Assembly (NCBI GenBank): GCA_040222015.1
Contig: JAVJWO010000012.1
Span: forward strand, 1-52,790
Length of the DNA: 52,790 nt
Origin: Coleofasciculus chthonoplastes F2-STO-03
Lineage (GTDB): Bacteria > Cyanobacteriota > Cyanobacteriia > Cyanobacteriales > Coleofasciculaceae
Direction: 5' to 3'
The notes under the pieces were generated by a model, which ran no database searches, was not told the origin of the DNA, and worked only from the letters and a program-made list of their open reading frames with translations. Of this stretch, positions 38,968 to 51,235 are shown piece after piece. Position numbers and translations under genes: made by a program. Each line of letters starts with the position of its first letter. The stretch's first letter is position 1.

Positions 38968-40091
38968 CCGCGAAACAGTCCTCCCAAAAAGTCTTCTAGC
39001 CCTCCTTTACCCGTGCGATCGCCTTTAATTTTTGCCAATTTCTCCAGTAATTCCCGTTCCTCTGTGGTGATTCGGCTGGGAATATCAATTTGAATCGTAA
39101 TCAAATGATCACCCCGACTCACCGGATTCCCTAATTTTGGCACCCCATGATTTTCCAACGTTAACACCGTATTCGGTTGGGTGCCTGGGGGAATCTTTAA
39201 CTCCACCGGACCATCAACGGTATTAATCTGGAGACGGCAACCTAAAATAGCTTGTAAATAGCTAATTTTCAGATCCGACAGAACATTAATTCCATCCCGC
39301 TGAAATTCCGCATCTTCCTCAACAAATAGGTAGACATATAAATCTCCTGGAGGACCACTGCGTAATCCAGCATCTCCTTCCTTAGAAACCCGTAGCCGGG
39401 TTCCATTATCCACACCGGGGGGAATCGTAATTTTTAGCTTTTTGGTTTCTTGTTTGCGACCTGCGCCCCCACAGGTTTCACACTTATCCTCAATCACCTG
39501 TCCTTCGCCGTTACAGGTTGGACAGACTGACACTTGAGTGAAACTGCCAAAGGGAGTACGAGTGGCGCGACGCACTTGTCCTGAGCCGCTACAGGTCGAA
39601 CAGGTACGCGGTCGAGTTCCCGGTTTAGCACCGGTACCGTTACAGGTATTACAGTTTTCTAGGTGAGGAATGCGAATTTCCTTTTCCCCACCGAATACAG
39701 CTTCCCGGAATTCCAGTTTCAAGTCTAGGCGCAGGTCATCCCCTCGCGTCGGTCCACCCCGCCGACGTCCCGTTTGCTGACCCATACCCCCAGCAAAACC
39801 GCTGAAGAAGCTTTCAAAAATATCAGCAAAACCCATATCCCCAAAATCGGCATAGCCGGCTCCTGCACCACCTGAGGATATACCCGCTTCACCAAAGCGG
39901 TCGTATCGTGCCTTCATTTCGGGTTCGGAAAGGATTTCGTAAGCTCGATTAATTTCTTTAAATCGCTCTTCCGCTCCTTGTTCCTTGTTAACGTCGGGAT
40001 GGTACTTTCGGGCAAGGCGACGGTAAGCCCGCTTTATTTCTTCTTTGTCAGCGTCGCGAGAGACGCCGAGAGTCTCATAGTAGTCAGGCAT
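38964..40091 (-). CDS. dnaJ: Chaperone DnaJ
   Basis: HPD J-domain, G/F region and four CxxCxGxG repeats. Confidence 0.97.
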   Translation of the reverse strand: MPDYYETLGVSRDADKEEIKRAYRRLARKYHPDVNKEQGAEERFKEINRAYEILSEPEMKARYDRFGEAGISSGGAGAGYADFGDMGFADIFESFFSGFAGGMGQQTGRRRGGPTRGDDLRLDLKLEFREAVFGGEKEIRIPHLENCNTCNGTGAKPGTRPRTCSTCSGSGQVRRATRTPFGSFTQVSVCPTCNGEGQVIEDKCETCGGAGRKQETKKLKITIPPGVDNGTRLRVSKEGDAGLRSGPPGDLYVYLFVEEDAEFQRDGINVLSDLKISYLQAILGCRLQINTVDGPVELKIPPGTQPNTVLTLENHGVPKLGNPVSRGDHLITIQIDIPSRITTEERELLEKLAKIKGDRTGKGGLEDFLGGLFRG

Positions 40092-40255
40092 AGAGCAATG
40101 CGGGAGGGTTAGATTACGTTGTGGGTTAATCGGGGTAGTTTGTACAGAGAATCGGCTTTATCGCCACCGAGGGCTGATATCCGGATTACCTGCACGTCTA
40201 TCCATTTTGGATAAAAAACCAGCGAATTGCTACTTACATTTAGGTAGGCATTGCC

Positions 40256-42226
40256 TTAGTCAACTGTTTCATAGTCAGTATTATTTACCGTTTCATCATC
40301 AAAGTTCAGAATTAACTCTTCTTCTTCGGGTTCCGACTCAGAAGGTTCGCTAACTTCTACAGGTGAGGCAAGTTCCTCCTCGCTTTCGCTAATCTCATCG
40401 GGTTCCAAATCGGGCGCACTCTCTTGGTAGACGGCTGCACCAATGGTAAACAGGGTTTGTTGGAAATCTTCCAGTTGCTGTTTAACGTCTTCCACTGGAA
40501 TCGAGGGGTTTTTGAGTGCAGCTTGTAGCTGTTGCTTTTTCTTCTCTCCCTGCGCCTTCAAGTCCTCGCGTACCAAATCGGCATTGTCTTTTAGGGTCGA
40601 TTCGTAACTGTAGAAGAGGCTTTCGGCTTGATTTTTCAGTTCCACCAGTTGCATCCGACGGCGGTCTTCTTCGGCAAATTGCTCGGCTTCTTGGCGCATC
40701 CGTTCCACTTCACCAGTATTTAATCCACCGGTGTTGGTAATCCGGATGCTTTGTTCTCGTCCTGTGCCTTTATCCGCCGCTGACACGTTAAGAATTCCAT
40801 TAACATCAATATCAAAGGATACCTCAATTTGAGGCACACCCCTGGGAGCCGGAGGAATGCCTGCCAGTAGAAACTTACCCAGGCTCTTGTTATCACGAGC
40901 CATCGCTCGTTCACCCTGGAGGACGTGAATTTCCACAGAGGTTTGTCCGTCCGTCGCCGTGGAAAAGATTTGTGATTTACTGGTGGGGATCGTGGTGTTA
41001 CGCTCGATAATTTTGGTGAAAACTTCGCCTAAGGTTTCAATCCCCAGTGACAATGGAGTTACATCCAGTAACAACAAGTCTTCAACTTCACCGCCCAAGA
41101 CGCCCCCTTGAATGGCTGCACCTAGGGCAACCGCTTCATCGGGGTTAACCGACTTATCGGGTTGGCGACCGCCAAAAAACTTACTAATCGCTTTCTGGAC
41201 GGCGGGGATGCGAGTAGAACCCCCGACCAGCAGAATCCGGTCAATATCATCGGGCTTAAGTTCGCCATCTTTGAGCGCTTGTTTTACGGGTTCAACGGTG
41301 CCTTTGATCAAGTCGCTCGCCAGTTCTTCAAACTTCGCTCGCGACAATTCCATCTCTAGATGTTTAGGACCCGTTTCATCTGCGGTAATAAACGGCAGGT
41401 TGATCGAGGTGTTCAACATGCTAGAGAGTTCAATTTTTGCCTTTTCTGCGGCTTCTCGCAAACGCTGTAGCGCCATTTTATCTGCGCCGATGTTGATGCC
41501 TTCTTGTTCCTTGAACTCCTGGATCATCCAGCGCACGATCACGTTATCGAAGTCATCTCCCCCTAAATGGTTGTTGCCAGACGTGGCTTTGACTTCAAAT
41601 ACGCCGTCGCCCAGTTGCATCACCGAGACATCAAACGTACCGCCGCCTAAGTCAAAGACGAGAACTTGGTGTTCTTCGTCTTGCTTGTCCAGCCCATACG
41701 CCAATGCTGCGGCGGTTGGTTCGTTGATGATCCGCAGCACTTCTAAACCGGCGATGGTACCGGAATCTTTGGTCGCTTGCCGTTGAGCATCGGTAAAATA
41801 GGCAGGGACTGTAATCACCGCTTGTTCTACGGGTTCACCGAGAAAGTTTTCGGCATCGGCTTTCAGCTTTTGCAGGATCATGGCAGAGATTTCCTGCGGG
41901 GTATATTGATGGGAGCGGATCTGGACATCAACTGTATCATCACGACCCTTAACACAGGTATAGGGAACCCGCGATCGCTCTTCTACCGTGTCATCCCAGC
42001 GACGACCAATAAACCGTTTAATACTATGGACAGTATTTTCTGCATTGGGAACTGCCTGACGCTTCGCTAGTTGACCAACCAAGCGCTCATTCGATTTGCC
42101 AAATCCCACAATACTCGGTGTGGTTCGTCCGCCTTCCGTGTTGGAAATGACGAGGGGCTTACCTCCTTCGAGGACAGCCACGCAACTATTTGTTGTGCCC
42201 AGGTCGATGCCAATGACTTTTCCCAT
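40256..42226 (-). CDS. dnaK: Chaperone DnaK
   Basis: [26 protein letters not shown]; acidic tail. Confidence 0.97.
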   Translation of the reverse strand: MGKVIGIDLGTTNSCVAVLEGGKPLVISNTEGGRTTPSIVGFGKSNERLVGQLAKRQAVPNAENTVHSIKRFIGRRWDDTVEERSRVPYTCVKGRDDTVDVQIRSHQYTPQEISAMILQKLKADAENFLGEPVEQAVITVPAYFTDAQRQATKDSGTIAGLEVLRIINEPTAAALAYGLDKQDEEHQVLVFDLGGGTFDVSVMQLGDGVFEVKATSGNNHLGGDDFDNVIVRWMIQEFKEQEGINIGADKMALQRLREAAEKAKIELSSMLNTSINLPFITADETGPKHLEMELSRAKFEELASDLIKGTVEPVKQALKDGELKPDDIDRILLVGGSTRIPAVQKAISKFFGGRQPDKSVNPDEAVALGAAIQGGVLGGEVEDLLLLDVTPLSLGIETLGEVFTKIIERNTTIPTSKSQIFSTATDGQTSVEIHVLQGERAMARDNKSLGKFLLAGIPPAPRGVPQIEVSFDIDVNGILNVSAADKGTGREQSIRITNTGGLNTGEVERMRQEAEQFAEEDRRRMQLVELKNQAESLFYSYESTLKDNADLVREDLKAQGEKKKQQLQAALKNPSIPVEDVKQQLEDFQQTLFTIGAAVYQESAPDLEPDEISESEEELASPVEVSEPSESEPEEEELILNFDDETVNNTDYETVD

Positions 42227-42367
42227 AGCGCTTCGGCCTATCTGATCAGTAAGGTTTTCTTTTTAAGGTGGTAATCTGTGGCTACAGAACTCACCTGACG
42301 TGCGCTCAACCTTTGGGGTTGATTGTTTTCAAGACGGACACCCAAGGGGCGAGTATCCCCGTGTCGC

Positions 42368-43177
42368 TTAACTTTCTGGTTCTGTCGAGGTGTCTTCCTC
42401 TGAGGTTACCACGGGCTCTGGAGCCGCAGCAACTTTAACCATGGCATGGCGCAGCACGCGCTCGCCCAAGAAATAGCCACGCATCAGTTGTTCGATGACG
42501 ATTCCTTCGTCATATTCCTCACTCGGCTGTCGCATCACTGCTTCATGGAAATTGGGATCAAACTCTGTTCCTTCCGGACGCATCGGCGAAACCCCAAGGC
42601 GTTTGAAGGCTTCCACCAGTTGTTTGTAGATCCCTTGATAACTCTTATGCACCGCCATCTCCCCATCATTTTGAGGTTTGATTTGCGATCGCGCCCGCTC
42701 AAAGTTATCGACCACGGATAATAACTCGCCCAGAGTATTACGCTTTACTTGATGTTCTAAATCTTCTTTTTCTTTAGCCGTCCGCTTGCGGAAGTTATCA
42801 AAATCGGCAGCCATCCGCATGGATTGGGTTTTAAAGGCTTCAAATTGCTGATTAACTTCCTCCAGTTGAGCTTTGAGGAGTTCATTTTCCTGCTGCAAGG
42901 TTTCGATAACCGCGACATCCTCCTGCTGACCGGGCAATCCGGCAGAGTCCGATTCCGCCGACTCACTCTCCACGCCTTGCCCTGCCGAAGTTTCTGCCGC
43001 TTCCGTTGTCACTTCAGCGGTTGCCGCTTCTGCCGTTGATGGTGATTCAACATCGGGTTGTGTGCCAACCTCCTCCTCAGAAGTTGCCTCATTTAAATCA
43101 GGGTTATCTGAATTCACTGCCTTCTGCTCATCTGTTTGTTGCAACGTAGTATTTGGTTGTTTGTCTTCGTCACTCAT
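42368..43177 (-). CDS. grpE: Nucleotide exchange factor GrpE
   Basis: [23 protein letters not shown] and [15 protein letters not shown]. Confidence 0.96.
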   Translation of the reverse strand: MSDEDKQPNTTLQQTDEQKAVNSDNPDLNEATSEEEVGTQPDVESPSTAEAATAEVTTEAAETSAGQGVESESAESDSAGLPGQQEDVAVIETLQQENELLKAQLEEVNQQFEAFKTQSMRMAADFDNFRKRTAKEKEDLEHQVKRNTLGELLSVVDNFERARSQIKPQNDGEMAVHKSYQGIYKQLVEAFKRLGVSPMRPEGTEFDPNFHEAVMRQPSEEYDEGIVIEQLMRGYFLGERVLRHAMVKVAAAPEPVVTSEEDTSTEPES

Positions 43178-43723
43178 AATTCACTCGTACTAAAAACTCA
43201 ATCAATCTCCTGCTCCTTCAAGGGATGGCAACATTTACCTTGCCCAGATTAACGGCAAGATTTGGGGTAGGCTAAAGCCCCAGGCATCAAGTCCGGATTG
43301 CTACCTCCTCAAATCCTAGTACATACTGGGTAAAATTGTCTGTTAGGTAACCGTTAAGATAAAACTTGAGGCGGTATCCCCATCTATAATAAGGAATAGA
43401 GTATTCTATCAGGGTATAGAGGACTAATTTGAATTCAGTCAGAATTCTATCACGTTTAGATTATCTGAAGACTTGCATTTCACCCTTGCCAGGATATTGG
43501 TAACTCCAGCATGTTGGCATCCAACCTTATTCGCGCCTCAAAGTGTTTCCCAGCATGGGTAATCTGATCTAAACCCAGTGAGAAGGGAGCCATTCTGAGA
43601 TCCGTCCAGCCCTTTTATTCAAATTGGTGGCAAGGCGAATGGGGTTACCGTTGTCGCGTATCCAGTACGACAAACGCTAAAACTTTTAGGAATTCTGTAA
43701 TCAAGGAGATAGTCTCACTCACT

Positions 43724-45721
43724 ATGACTCAATCCCCATCATCATCAGCAAGACGTGCCCTTGTTGTCAAAAACGATTTTTCGCCCTTTGGAAATAAACT
43801 GGTTCAATCAGGTTACGTTGATGACAGTCAAATGCGGCAAGCTTTGACGGAGAGCCGCAAGTCAGGACGACCTCTGACCGATGTCGTTGAATCAATTACC
43901 GGGCGTCAGTTGCCACCCGACTTAATCCGTCAGTACAAGAAACAGCAACTCTTTGAACTCAAAATACTTTACGGTGTTGAATCTCTTGATCCGGAACTTG
44001 GTGATATTTCTGGTCACCAAGTCAAGGAACTCATTGAAAGCCTAATTCCCATTGACATCTGTAGTCGCTATCGCTTAGTGCCTTTATCCAGGAATGACAC
44101 ACAGCCGCCATCGGTTCTGGTGGCAATGGTTGACCCGGATAATCTCGATGCCCAAGATGATCTAAACCGGATTCTGCGCCCTCAAGGGATTGGGCTAAGG
44201 CGGATGGTGATTACCCAGGAAGACTATCAGCATCTGATTAATCAATATCGGGATAAAAAACTGGCACAGGAGAAGGAACAGGAAGCTGCCAAGCAGACAG
44301 ATATCAGTAAGGATCTGGAGAATCTTGATACGCTTTCCGATGCACCAGAAGAAACGGAGCAAGACATAGGGACAGCCTTGGGTGAAGCCAGTGGTGCCCC
44401 GGTGATTAACTTGGTGAATCGAATCCTCGCCAAAGCCCTACAAGAGGAAGTCTCCGACATTCACATCGAACCCCAGGAAGAATACTTGCGGGTTCGTTTC
44501 CGCAAAGACGGCGTACTGCGGCAAGCCTTTGAGAACTTACCCAAAAAGATCAAAGATGCCGTTGCTGCTCGCTTCAAAATTATGTCAGATTTGGACATTG
44601 CTGAACGCCGAGTACCTCAAGATGGCAGAATTCGGCGCATGTTCCAAGGGCGCAAGGTTGACTTCCGAGTCAGTACCCTACCCAGCCGCTATGGTGAAAA
44701 GATTGTCCTGCGGATTTTAGATAACTCTAGCACCCAGCTCGGTTTGGACATTCTGATCACCGACCCAGAAAGCTTAGAAATTGTCAGGGAAATGACAGCA
44801 CGCCCCTTTGGGCTGATCTTGGTCACGGGTCCGACGGGTTCGGGTAAATCCACAACCCTATATTCTATGCTCGCTGAGCGCAATGACCCAGGTGTCAATA
44901 TCAGTACCGCAGAAGATCCGATTGAATATTCCTTACCTGGTATTACTCAGGTACAGGTACTGCGGGAAAAAGGCATGGACTTCGCCTCGATTCTACGCTC
45001 ATTCCTACGGCAAGACCCAGATGTGATTCTGGTGGGTGAGACGCGAGATAAGGAAACGGCGAAAACCGCGATTGAAGCAGCGCTCACGGGACACTTAGTT
45101 TTAACGACTCTCCATACCAACGACGCGGCGGGCGCCATTCCCCGCTTGGATGAAATGGGGGTCGAACCATTCATGGTGTCAGGTGCGCTCCTGGGAGTTT
45201 TAGCCCAGCGCCTGATGCGGCGAGTTTGTAAGGAGTGTCGCACACCTTACCAGCCTACTGCTGCGGAACTGGCTCGATTTGGTTTAACCGCTTCCAGCGA
45301 AGGGGAAGTCACGTTCTATAAAGCCAATACCCTACAACCCGAAGAAATTACCGACGCTCGTGCCAAAGGAACACTCTGTCCAAAATGTAATGGGGTCGGG
45401 TACAAAGGACGAGTGGGCGTTTATGAAGTCATGCGGAACTCCGAACGACTGCAACTCCTAATCAATGAAGGAGCGCCTACCGAACGGATCAAAGAAGCAG
45501 CGGTTGAAGAAGGGATGAAAACCCTATTATCCTACAGTTTAAACCTAGTGCAGGATGGTCATACCACGTTGGAAGAAGTTGAACGAGTCACGTTTACTGA
45601 TTCCGGTCTTGAGGCAGAACTGAAAGCCAAACGTAAACAATCCCTCTCCTGTAGCACTTGCGGCGCTGGGTTAGAACAGGAGTGGTTAGACTGTCCGTAC
45701 TGTATGACCCCACGTTTTTGA
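43724..45721 (+). CDS. pilB: Type IV pilus assembly ATPase
   Basis: SDIHIEP, GPTGSGKST, EDPIE, RQDPD, GETRD and TLHTN; Zn-binding Cys motifs. Confidence 0.95.
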   Translation: MTQSPSSSARRALVVKNDFSPFGNKLVQSGYVDDSQMRQALTESRKSGRPLTDVVESITGRQLPPDLIRQYKKQQLFELKILYGVESLDPELGDISGHQVKELIESLIPIDICSRYRLVPLSRNDTQPPSVLVAMVDPDNLDAQDDLNRILRPQGIGLRRMVITQEDYQHLINQYRDKKLAQEKEQEAAKQTDISKDLENLDTLSDAPEETEQDIGTALGEASGAPVINLVNRILAKALQEEVSDIHIEPQEEYLRVRFRKDGVLRQAFENLPKKIKDAVAARFKIMSDLDIAERRVPQDGRIRRMFQGRKVDFRVSTLPSRYGEKIVLRILDNSSTQLGLDILITDPESLEIVREMTARPFGLILVTGPTGSGKSTTLYSMLAERNDPGVNISTAEDPIEYSLPGITQVQVLREKGMDFASILRSFLRQDPDVILVGETRDKETAKTAIEAALTGHLVLTTLHTNDAAGAIPRLDEMGVEPFMVSGALLGVLAQRLMRRVCKECRTPYQPTAAELARFGLTASSEGEVTFYKANTLQPEEITDARAKGTLCPKCNGVGYKGRVGVYEVMRNSERLQLLINEGAPTERIKEAAVEEGMKTLLSYSLNLVQDGHTTLEEVERVTFTDSGLEAELKAKRKQSLSCSTCGAGLEQEWLDCPYCMTPRF

Positions 45722-45832
45722 GACTAAAAGCTGGGACTATTCATCAATTGTTGTTGGCTTCAACCCCCAACAACAATTGATTAAGTAACGAACACTGACA
45801 ATTAACAACTAATTCTTATTGGAGACAACGCC

Positions 45833-46966
45833 ATGCCAATGGATTTAATGATTGAAGACTTGATGGAGCAGCTCGTTGAAATGGGTGGCTCAGATATGCA
45901 TATTCAAGCTGGGGCACCGGTCTATTTCCGCATTAGTGGTAAACTCCAACCCTTTGGGGAAGACCCACTGAATCCCCAAGAATGTCAGAAGCTGATTTTC
46001 AGTATGCTCAATAATAGCCAGCGCAAAGAATTGGAGCAGAACTGGGAATTGGATTGCTCTTATGGGGTGAAGGGATTGGCTCGCTTCCGGGTCAATGTTT
46101 ATAAGGAGCGTGGCTACTACGCCGCTTGCTTGCGAGCATTGTCCTCCAAGATTCCCAACTTTGATATGTTAGGTCTGCCGGATATTGTCCGGGAAATGAG
46201 CGAACGCCCTCGGGGATTAGTACTGGTGACCGGACCAACGGGTTCAGGAAAAACCACCACCCTGGCGGCAATGATTGATTTAATTAATCGCACCCGACCT
46301 GAACATATTCTCACCGTCGAAGACCCGGTTGAATACGTTTTTCCCAACATTAAAAGCTTAGTTCACCAACGTCAAAAAGGTGAAGATACCAAAAGCTTTG
46401 CGAATGCGCTCAAAGCCGCCTTACGGGAAGACCCGGATGTGATTCTGGTCGGCGAGATGCGGGATTTGGAAACTATTTCACTGGCGATTTCAGCCGCAGA
46501 AACGGGTCACTTGGTCATGGGAACCTTGCACACCAGTTCCGCCTCTCAAACTGTGAACCGGATGCTGGACGTGTTTCCGCCTGAACAACAAGCTCAAGTC
46601 CAAGCTCAGCTCTCGAACTCCTTGGTCGCCGTCTTTAGTCAAACCTTGGTACCCAAGAAAAACCCGAAACCGGGTGAGTTTGGTCGGGCAATGGCACAGG
46701 AAATTATGATTGTCACCCCTGCTATCTCTAACTTGATCCGTGAAGGAAAAGTGTCCCAAATGTATTCCGCCATCCAAACCGGGATGAAAATGGGCATGAT
46801 CACCATGGAACAGACATTGGCAAATTTAGTCAAACAAGGAACGATTTCCTTTGAAACAGCCGTGTCCAAGAGTTCTAAGCCCGACGAATTGCAGCGTATT
46901 CTCGGTGGTGCTGCCGGAATGGCTGCTGGTGCCAAAGGCGGAAAAGTTGGTGCTAAGACTCGCTAA
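45833..46966 (+). CDS. pilT: Type IV pilus retraction ATPase
   Basis: GPTGSGKTT, LREDPD, AAETGH and AISNLIRE. Confidence 0.95.
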   Translation: MPMDLMIEDLMEQLVEMGGSDMHIQAGAPVYFRISGKLQPFGEDPLNPQECQKLIFSMLNNSQRKELEQNWELDCSYGVKGLARFRVNVYKERGYYAACLRALSSKIPNFDMLGLPDIVREMSERPRGLVLVTGPTGSGKTTTLAAMIDLINRTRPEHILTVEDPVEYVFPNIKSLVHQRQKGEDTKSFANALKAALREDPDVILVGEMRDLETISLAISAAETGHLVMGTLHTSSASQTVNRMLDVFPPEQQAQVQAQLSNSLVAVFSQTLVPKKNPKPGEFGRAMAQEIMIVTPAISNLIREGKVSQMYSAIQTGMKMGMITMEQTLANLVKQGTISFETAVSKSSKPDELQRILGGAAGMAAGAKGGKVGAKTR

Positions 46967-47057
46967 GTCATCGGGGTTAGTTCTCTCGTGAACTGGAAAA
47001 AATATCACCGGACAACTAACCCTTTCCTTCAATCCTTTTTTCATTCAGACGCAAACT

Positions 47058-48278
47058 ATGCCTACCTTTATTGCTGAGGTTCGGGATTCCAAAGGAAATG
47101 CCAAAAAAGAGAAAGTTAAAGCTCTTTCTACGGATCAAGCCCGTGCCCACTTTCAAAATCAATATTCCAGTGTTGGCAATATTCAGAAAGCGTTTAGCCT
47201 GGAAGACCTAAATTTAGACGCACTCCAGGAAAAAATGACGAGCGTCAGTGTCAAAGACCGAGCCGTTTTTTCCCGGCAATTTGCGGTAATGGTTAATGCT
47301 GGGGTCGCCATCGTGCGCTGTCTGGGTATCTTATCGGAACAATGTGCTAATCCCAAGCTGAAAAAATCCCTAACGGCAATCAGTACCGAGGTGCAGCAGG
47401 GAACCAGTCTCTCCGATGCCATGCGTGAACATCCCGCCTGCTTCGACAAACTCTATGTCAGTATGGTGCAAGCGGGGGAGGTTGGCGGTGTTTTGGATGA
47501 AGTTCTCAACCGATTAGCCAAGCTGCTGGAAGATATGGCGCGGCTGCAAAACCAGATTAAGTCGGCAATGACTTATCCTCTGGTGGTTGGTGGCTTTGCT
47601 GTACTGGTGTTTTTGGGCATGACTATTTTCCTCATCCCTATCTTTGCCGGGATTTTTGAAGAAATCGGCGGCACATTACCAGCCCTGACTGCCTTTATGC
47701 TCTGGTTGAGTGGTGTTCTCAGAAGCTGGTACGCTCTGATTCCAGTTGGGGTGATCATCTTTACCACATTTGCCGTCAAACAGTACTACAAAACCCCACC
47801 CGGTCGTCTACAAATCGATGCACTCCTATTGAAAGTACCTCTGTTTGGTGAACTGAATGAAAAATCATCAGTCGCCCGGTTTTGCCGCGTCTTCGGTACG
47901 TTGACTCGTTCCGGAGTTCCCATTCTTAATGCGTTAGATATTGTTCGGGATACCTCAGGAAACCAAGTGATTGCTAACGCTGTGGAAGCTACCAAGCAGG
48001 AAATTCAGCAAGGGGGTTTGATCAGTGTTGCCATGCAAAATGAGCAAGTTTTCCCCGGTCTAGCTATTCAGATGATTAGTGTTGGTGAAGAAACTGGGGA
48101 ATTGGATTCAATGCTGATGAAGGTTGCCGATTTCTACGAAGATGAAGTTGAGCAAACCGTAAAAGCTTTGACCAGTATTTTAGAGCCTGTGATGATTATT
48201 GTCATCGGGGGAATGGTTGGGACAATTCTGGTCTCTATGTATCTGCCCATGTTTAAAGTGTTTGAAACCTTGGGTTAA
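47058..48278 (+). CDS. pilC: Type IV pilus inner-membrane platform protein
   Basis: Two GspF repeats (AGEVGGVL, VGEETGEL); adjacent to pilBT. Confidence 0.95.
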   Translation: MPTFIAEVRDSKGNAKKEKVKALSTDQARAHFQNQYSSVGNIQKAFSLEDLNLDALQEKMTSVSVKDRAVFSRQFAVMVNAGVAIVRCLGILSEQCANPKLKKSLTAISTEVQQGTSLSDAMREHPACFDKLYVSMVQAGEVGGVLDEVLNRLAKLLEDMARLQNQIKSAMTYPLVVGGFAVLVFLGMTIFLIPIFAGIFEEIGGTLPALTAFMLWLSGVLRSWYALIPVGVIIFTTFAVKQYYKTPPGRLQIDALLLKVPLFGELNEKSSVARFCRVFGTLTRSGVPILNALDIVRDTSGNQVIANAVEATKQEIQQGGLISVAMQNEQVFPGLAIQMISVGEETGELDSMLMKVADFYEDEVEQTVKALTSILEPVMIIVIGGMVGTILVSMYLPMFKVFETLG

Positions 48279-48552
48279 ATTCGGGAAAGATTTTCCGGAG
48301 ATGGATAATCCATTCCTACAACCGTTTGATGGTAGAGGATTTGCTATGTTGAATCAGCCACTCGTACAGCATGAGGGAAAAAACTATCCTTCACGCATTA
48401 CTTAAACGCCTATAAGGTAAGCATTTTGCAGGCGTGAATTCCCAGGGAACGGTACTAACAACCTGAGCAACCTCTACTGATTCTCCACGACTGTTCGTGA
48501 ATAGTATTTAAACTAATCAACAAGACGTTAGTAAATCGCCACTTATTTAAAA

Positions 48553-49137
48553 ATGCCAGTTAAGCCATCTAATTACGAAACAAGTTTAGCCGAATATAGC
48601 CACCATGAGGGGGCGTTGGCGCTTCTGAAGCAATATCGACCTTACTTGGAAATGATTCCGAGTATGCGCCGCCCCTCAGAAAGTGTGATCACGATTCCTC
48701 TACCTATTGTGCGCCTACGCCATCTCCAATCCTCAACAGGACATTCTAATCTAACAAGCTTGAATGGAACCGTTAGCTTACCCTGTGATGTTGCTATGTT
48801 AATGTGTGACCCAGAATGGAAAATAAAAATGGGGGTGGAAATTATCATTCTCATTCATCGCCCTCATGAAGATTTTTCGGGTTTATTGAGTCGTTGGCGT
48901 CAGACGCAAGTGTTGCTAGACAAAGATTATGAGTGGTTGATGCCTCCTCGCCATCAACATGTTCTCAGTGAAGGCGTTGACCGGATTTATCCGTTGTTTG
49001 TAATCTTCCCGGAAACACCCCAACGGATTCAACGGGGTTTACTGGGGGCTAGTTTACCTTTTGTCATGCAAAGTCCAGATTATGTGATGGAAGAGGAAAA
49101 ATCAGAAAGCTTCTCTACTGAACGTCCACCTGCTTAG
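48553..49137 (+). CDS. Conserved cyanobacterial hypothetical protein
   Basis: 194-aa ORF with LLKQYRPYLEMIPSMRR, MCDPEWKIK and LLSRWRQTQ. Confidence 0.75.
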   Translation: MPVKPSNYETSLAEYSHHEGALALLKQYRPYLEMIPSMRRPSESVITIPLPIVRLRHLQSSTGHSNLTSLNGTVSLPCDVAMLMCDPEWKIKMGVEIIILIHRPHEDFSGLLSRWRQTQVLLDKDYEWLMPPRHQHVLSEGVDRIYPLFVIFPETPQRIQRGLLGASLPFVMQSPDYVMEEEKSESFSTERPPA

Positions 49138-49164
49138 TAGAGACGTAGCATGCTACGTCTCTAC
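49137..49164. repeat. Perfect REP-like palindrome GTAGAGACGTAGCATGCTACGTCTCTAC
   Basis: 28-bp perfect palindrome between convergent genes; relatives near 11126, 25946 and 51846. Confidence 0.9.
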
Positions 49165-49197
49165 ATTCGGTCTTCCCCAATCCCCAATCACCATAGA

Positions 49198-50223
49198 CTA
49201 TCGAACAAAATGCGGCATCACTTCAGCTGCCGTCAATAGCCCGCAAAGACCTCTTTGATGTAATGATATCCCTGCTTTGAGGTAGCCAAAGGCTGGACCA
49301 CAGACATTAGCCGCCATACTGGTTTCATCACCAAGGGTAAAGGTATGGGTTGAGGTTTTGCCCTCAAAGGTGCGTCCGGTTATTTGAACATTTGTACTTA
49401 AGGGTTTTTTCGGATTGCGGGTATCAACAACGCCGCCGACGGTGACGCGATCGCGAGAGCATATCCCAGCTAATTCCAACATGATATCATCGGCATGTTC
49501 CATATTCTCTAAGGTGAGGATGCCATTGGTTTGATCCAAGAGCGCTTCCACATCCGCATCACTCATCTGACGTGCCTGTTCCACATCGTAGCCGGGAAGA
49601 TGGGCAATATCTTCTCGAATCGTGGCGCGATAGGCTTCCCAATTGGCAATACCGACACCAAAGGTAATTTTAACGCTGTGTATTTCAGCATAGCTTTGAG
49701 CCGCGATCGCAGCCGCCGCCGTTAACAGTCCTGGTGTAGCACCACATCCCGCCATGTAGGTAATTCCCGCTTCTTGGAGTTCATCTTTCATGGCGAGTAA
49801 CTGTTCTACAGCACTGGTGCGCTTAAGGGCATCTACCAGTACTCCACGCCATCCTGATTGGATAAACTGACGGGCAACTGATGCCATAAACGTATTCGGC
49901 AAATTGGGTAGGGCAAGGAAATAGCCATCTACCGCCGCATTTTCGATTAAATCAGCAATCGTGTTATTGCTGAGAGTGCCTGCGGGTTCTAGATACCCCA
50001 GTGACCCTTGATTATGATAGATTGCGATCGCGCGATCGGGATCTAGCCCCGTCCCATTATACGCCCAACCTTGTTTATCAGCAGCCGCGACCCAAATCAT
50101 TTCCTGTTTACCAGCCAGGACTCTAGCCGCCGCTTGTCCTAATCCGCCAAAGCCTAAAATACCGACTCGAATGGGTTTGTTTAACGTAGAATCCATCAAA
50201 TTTGCCTTATGGGTCTCACTCAT
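49198..50223 (-). CDS. bioU: BioU-like dehydrogenase of biotin synthesis (start 50223 or 50196)
   Basis: GFGGLG Rossmann motif, [30 protein letters not shown] and ETSMAANV. Confidence 0.8.
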   Translation of the reverse strand: MSETHKANLMDSTLNKPIRVGILGFGGLGQAAARVLAGKQEMIWVAAADKQGWAYNGTGLDPDRAIAIYHNQGSLGYLEPAGTLSNNTIADLIENAAVDGYFLALPNLPNTFMASVARQFIQSGWRGVLVDALKRTSAVEQLLAMKDELQEAGITYMAGCGATPGLLTAAAAIAAQSYAEIHSVKITFGVGIANWEAYRATIREDIAHLPGYDVEQARQMSDADVEALLDQTNGILTLENMEHADDIMLELAGICSRDRVTVGGVVDTRNPKKPLSTNVQITGRTFEGKTSTHTFTLGDETSMAANVCGPAFGYLKAGISLHQRGLCGLLTAAEVMPHFVR

Positions 50224-50605
50224 AGCGATACACCTTAAATCACACAAACCTTCATTATCTCTCACCACTTCCCCCGCTCCCTCTGCTCCCTCTGCTTCCC
50301 CAGCTTCCTCTGCTTCCCCAGTTCCCCCATCTTCCCTGTGCCTCATCTCTATGTATCTTTTTGTTAAGAACACAATTTGGACGATCCTGCCGCTTGACTG
50401 GGAGGGCAAGATACGCGAAACTTAACAAAAGATTAGTGTAAGATACTAATCAAGTATTAATTTATGTTAAGGTTCAATTCGCTATGATGCGAATAATAAC
50501 GAGAGATTGCTCAACTGGCGAGATAGCTGGTTGTGTACGCTCAGAGGCTGTCGCTTAGGTGTTACAGCCCGGAACTGGAGGACTGACCCAACCGTTAACA
50601 AACTG

Positions 50606-50815
50606 ATGGAAACCTTAGAATTTGTCATTTATCCAGATGGTCGAGTGCAAGAGAAAGTCACGGGTATCGTTGGCGCCTCTTGTGCGGAAGTGACTGCTGC
50701 CATTGAAGCTCAGTTAGGGCAAGTCGTCTCAATGGAGCAAACATCGGAATACTTTACCCAACCGACTCAGCAGTCGGCAACAGCAACCGCTCAAGCGACC
50801 TATAGCTCTTGGTAA
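50606..50815 (+). CDS. DUF2997 family protein
   Basis: METLEFVIYPDGRVQEKVTGIVGASC...LG.V...TSEYF. Confidence 0.85.
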   Translation: METLEFVIYPDGRVQEKVTGIVGASCAEVTAAIEAQLGQVVSMEQTSEYFTQPTQQSATATAQATYSSW

Positions 50816-50848
50816 GTTTTTTTGTTCAATTAGCTTTCTTTAACCAAA

Positions 50849-51235
50849 ATGTCACATTTCAGCAACATAAAAACTCAAATCCGCAACCTGACCTCTTTAC
50901 AATCAGCATTAACTGACCTTGGTGTCGATTGGAAAGCTGGTCCGAGTCAAGTGCGTGGGTATCGCGGTCAAACCCGAACCGCCGAAGTTGTTATCGAACA
51001 AGATAATAACTACGATGTCGGTTTTGCCTGGAATGGCAAAGAATACGAGCTAGTTGCCGACCTACAATACTGGCAACAGCCTTTATCCGTCGAGGGTTTC
51101 CTCAACCGTATCACCCAACGGTATGCGTTTCATACCGTGATGAGTGAAACTGCCAAGCAAGGGTTTCAAGTTGCCCAACAAGAAAATAATCAAGACGGTT
51201 CAATCCGTTTAGTTGTCCAACGCTGGAGTGCGTAA
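50849..51235 (+). CDS. ycf35: DUF1257 / Ycf35 family protein
   Basis: MSHFSNIKT, VRGYRG, ELVADLQYW, TQRYA and LVVQRW. Confidence 0.85.
   Translation: MSHFSNIKTQIRNLTSLQSALTDLGVDWKAGPSQVRGYRGQTRTAEVVIEQDNNYDVGFAWNGKEYELVADLQYWQQPLSVEGFLNRITQRYAFHTVMSETAKQGFQVAQQENNQDGSIRLVVQRWSA

Noticed and set aside
41112..41786. 224-aa ORF antisense to dnaK
   Set aside because: Long antisense ORFs opposite dnaK/hsp70 are a well-known codon-pattern by-product.
37604..48278. Chaperone and pilus gene clusters as a novel association
   Set aside because: grpE-dnaK-dnaJ divergent from pilB-pilT-pilC is familiar cyanobacterial synteny.
50224..50409. N-terminal extension of bioU ([14 protein letters not shown])
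   Set aside because: Derived from the 9-mer repeat family; the conserved protein starts downstream.
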